Assembly (NCBI GenBank): GCA_038087875.1
Contig: JAXLNO010000203.1
Location: 62,001 to 100,278 of the forward strand
DNA length: 38,278 bases
Direction: 5' to 3'
Source: Malacoraja senta
Taxonomy: Eukaryota
Shown: in pieces, positions 36,871 to 38,278 of the stretch
How positions within the stretch are numbered: the stretch's first letter is position 1
How the letters are laid out: every line of letters begins with the position of its first letter
The notes under the pieces: model-generated
What the model was told of the DNA's origin: nothing
Databases searched by the model: none
What the model saw: only the letters and a program-made list of their open reading frames with translations
Made by a program: the position numbers and the translations under genes

Positions 36871-38278
36871 AAGGTCGACAGAAGTCCAGCAAGGTCGCCA
36901 TATTTCCGGCAAGGTCGCCATAAATCCGGCGAGGTCGTCATATTTCCGGCAAGGTCGCCATAAATCCGGCGAGGTCGCCATATTTCCGGCAAGGTCGCCA
37001 TATTTCCGGCAAGTTCGCTACAAATTCGGCGAGGTCGCCATATTTCCGGCAAGGTCGCCATATATCAGGCAAGGTCGCCATAAATCCGGCGAGGTCGCCA
37101 TATTTCCGGCAAAGTCGCCACAAATCCGGCAAGGTCGCCATAAATCCGGCAAGGTCGTCATATTTCCGGCAAGTTCGCCACAAATCCGGCAAGGTCGCCA
37201 TATTTCCGGCAAGGTCGCCGTAAATCCGGCAAGGTCGCAACAAATCCGGCGAGGACGCCATATTTCCGGCAAGGTCGCCATAAATCCGGCAAGGTCGCCA
37301 TAAATCCGGCGAGGTCGCCATATGTCCGTCAAGGTCGCCATGAATCCGGCAAGGTAGCCACAAATCCGGCAAGGTCGCCATATTTCCGGCAAGGTCGCCA
37401 CAAATCCGGCCAGGGCGCCATAATTCCGGCAAGGTCGCTATAAATCAGGCAAAGTCGCCATACTTCCGGCAAGGTCGCCATAAATCCAGCGAGGTCGCCA
37501 TATTTCCGGCAAGGTCGCCATAAATCCGGCAATGTCGCCACAAATCCGGCAAGGTCGCCATATTTCCGGCAAAGTCGCCATAAATCCGGCAAGGTCGCCA
37601 CAAATCCGGCAAGGTCGCCATATTTATGGCAAGGTCGCCATATTTCCGGCAAGGGCGCCATAAATCCGGCGAGGTCGCCATAAATCAGGCGAGGTCGCCA
37701 TATTTCCGGCAAGGTCGCCATACATCCGGCGAGGTCGCCATATTTCCGGCAAGTTCGCCAATTATCCGGCAAGGTCGCACTAAATCCGGCGAGGTCGCCA
37801 TATTTCCGGCAAGGTCGCCACAAATCCGGCAAGGTCGCCATAAATCCGCAAGGTCGACAGAAGTCCAGCAAGGTCGCCATATTTCCGGCAAGGTCGCCAT
37901 AAATCCGGCGAGGTCGCCATATTTCCGGCAAGGTCGCCATATTTCCGGCAAGTTCGGCACAAATTCGGCGAGGTCGCCATATTTCCGGCAAGTTCGCCAC
38001 AAATCCGGCAAGGTCGCCATATATCCGGCAAGGTCGCCATAAATCCGGCGACGTCGACATATTTCCGGTAAAGTCGCCACAAATCCGGCCAGGTCGCCAT
38101 ATTTCCGGCAAGGTCGCCATATATCAGGCAAGGTCGCCATAAATCCGGCGAGGTCGCCATATTTCCGGAAAAGTCGCCACAAATCCGGCAAGGTCGCCAT
38201 AAATCCGGCAAGGTCGCCATATTTCCGGCAAGTTCGCCACAAATCCGGCAAGGTCGCCATATTTCCGGCAAGGTCGCC
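36871..38278. repeat. Terminal domain rich in ATATTT monomers, with partial duplications (37041-37219 vs 38100-38278; gtcgacagaagtccagc at ~36874 and ~37853)
   Basis: Direct comparison of variant order (tatatcaggc, ggcgagg, aaagtc, aagttc) at offset 1059. Confidence 0.75.

Larger units (their letters stand above)
1..38278. repeat. 20-bp tandem satellite array, consensus A(C/T)A(AA/TT)TCCGGCAAGGTCGCC, about 1,900 head-to-tail monomers
   Basis: Every 60-nt line shows three copies of the unit from base 1 (acaaatccggcaaggtcgcc) to the last base (...aaggtcgcc). The phase shifts only at occasional 19-, 18- or 21-nt monomers. I saw no inversion or non-repeat insert. Confidence 0.99.

Noticed and set aside
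2260..38042. Short plus-strand ORFs (RQGRHKSGKVAINPARSP...)
   Set aside because: They are chance stretches that avoid the in-frame TAA of ATAAAT monomers, and show no coding signature.
119..38271. Numerous overlapping minus-strand ORFs (MATLPDLWRPCRIYGDLAG...), including the 810-aa ORF at 10435..12867 and the 490-aa ORF at 24664..26136
   Set aside because: They overlap in all three frames with the same peptide, the repeat unit is not a multiple of 3, indels and stop-creating variants are freely tolerated, and there is no unique domain. They are translations of the satellite.
1..38278. CRISPR array (constant 14-bp core plus variable 6 bp)
   Set aside because: The variable part is only ~6 bp with four main states rather than unique 25-45-bp spacers, and there is no leader or cas gene.
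1..38278. Telomerase-generated long telomeric repeat (as in some budding yeasts)
   Set aside because: Kilobase-scale duplications of ordered variants indicate recombinational amplification, and there is no clear G-rich/C-rich strand bias. A subtelomeric location cannot be excluded.
1..38278. Plasmid or phage iterons, or an array of recombination sites
   Set aside because: Iteron arrays have few copies next to rep genes. Here there are about 1,900 copies and no genes.
1..38278. Rolling-circle or amplification concatemer artefact, or synthetic DNA
   Set aside because: Hierarchical shared variants, nested duplications of different divergence and regional sub-families imply an evolutionary history, although local sequencing errors are likely.
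1..38278. G-quadruplex or i-motif array
   Set aside because: Runs are mostly GG or CC with long loops, and GGG tracts are sporadic, so support is weak.
1..38278. Monomer order as an information-storage code
   Set aside because: The order is adequately explained by duplication and shuffling of ancestral cassettes, and nothing in the window suggests a reading or writing mechanism.

Overview
The whole 38,278-bp window is one uninterrupted, single-orientation tandem array of a 20-bp GC-rich monomer, consensus A(C/T)A(AA/TT)TCCGGCAAGGTCGCC. It holds roughly 1,900 copies (length/20) and is about 55-60% GC. I see no unique sequence, credible gene, RNA gene, mobile element or CRISPR spacer. The ORFs in the track are artefacts: the minus-strand consensus has no stop codon in any frame, so all frames read the same 20-aa period (MATLPDLWRPCRIYGDLAGF). 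The real information is in the array's internal organisation: four dominant monomer types, recurring multi-monomer cassettes shuffled into an irregular higher-order structure, near-identical in-register tandem duplications (638, 1138, ~1555, 1615 and ~3033 bp), domains with private variants, and a patch of probable long-read homopolymer errors near 17.1-17.4 kb. It looks like a eukaryotic-type satellite DNA array (inference; I cannot assign a species or named family). I found no evidence for a new gene-based system. Coordinates and counts were read by eye and are approximate.
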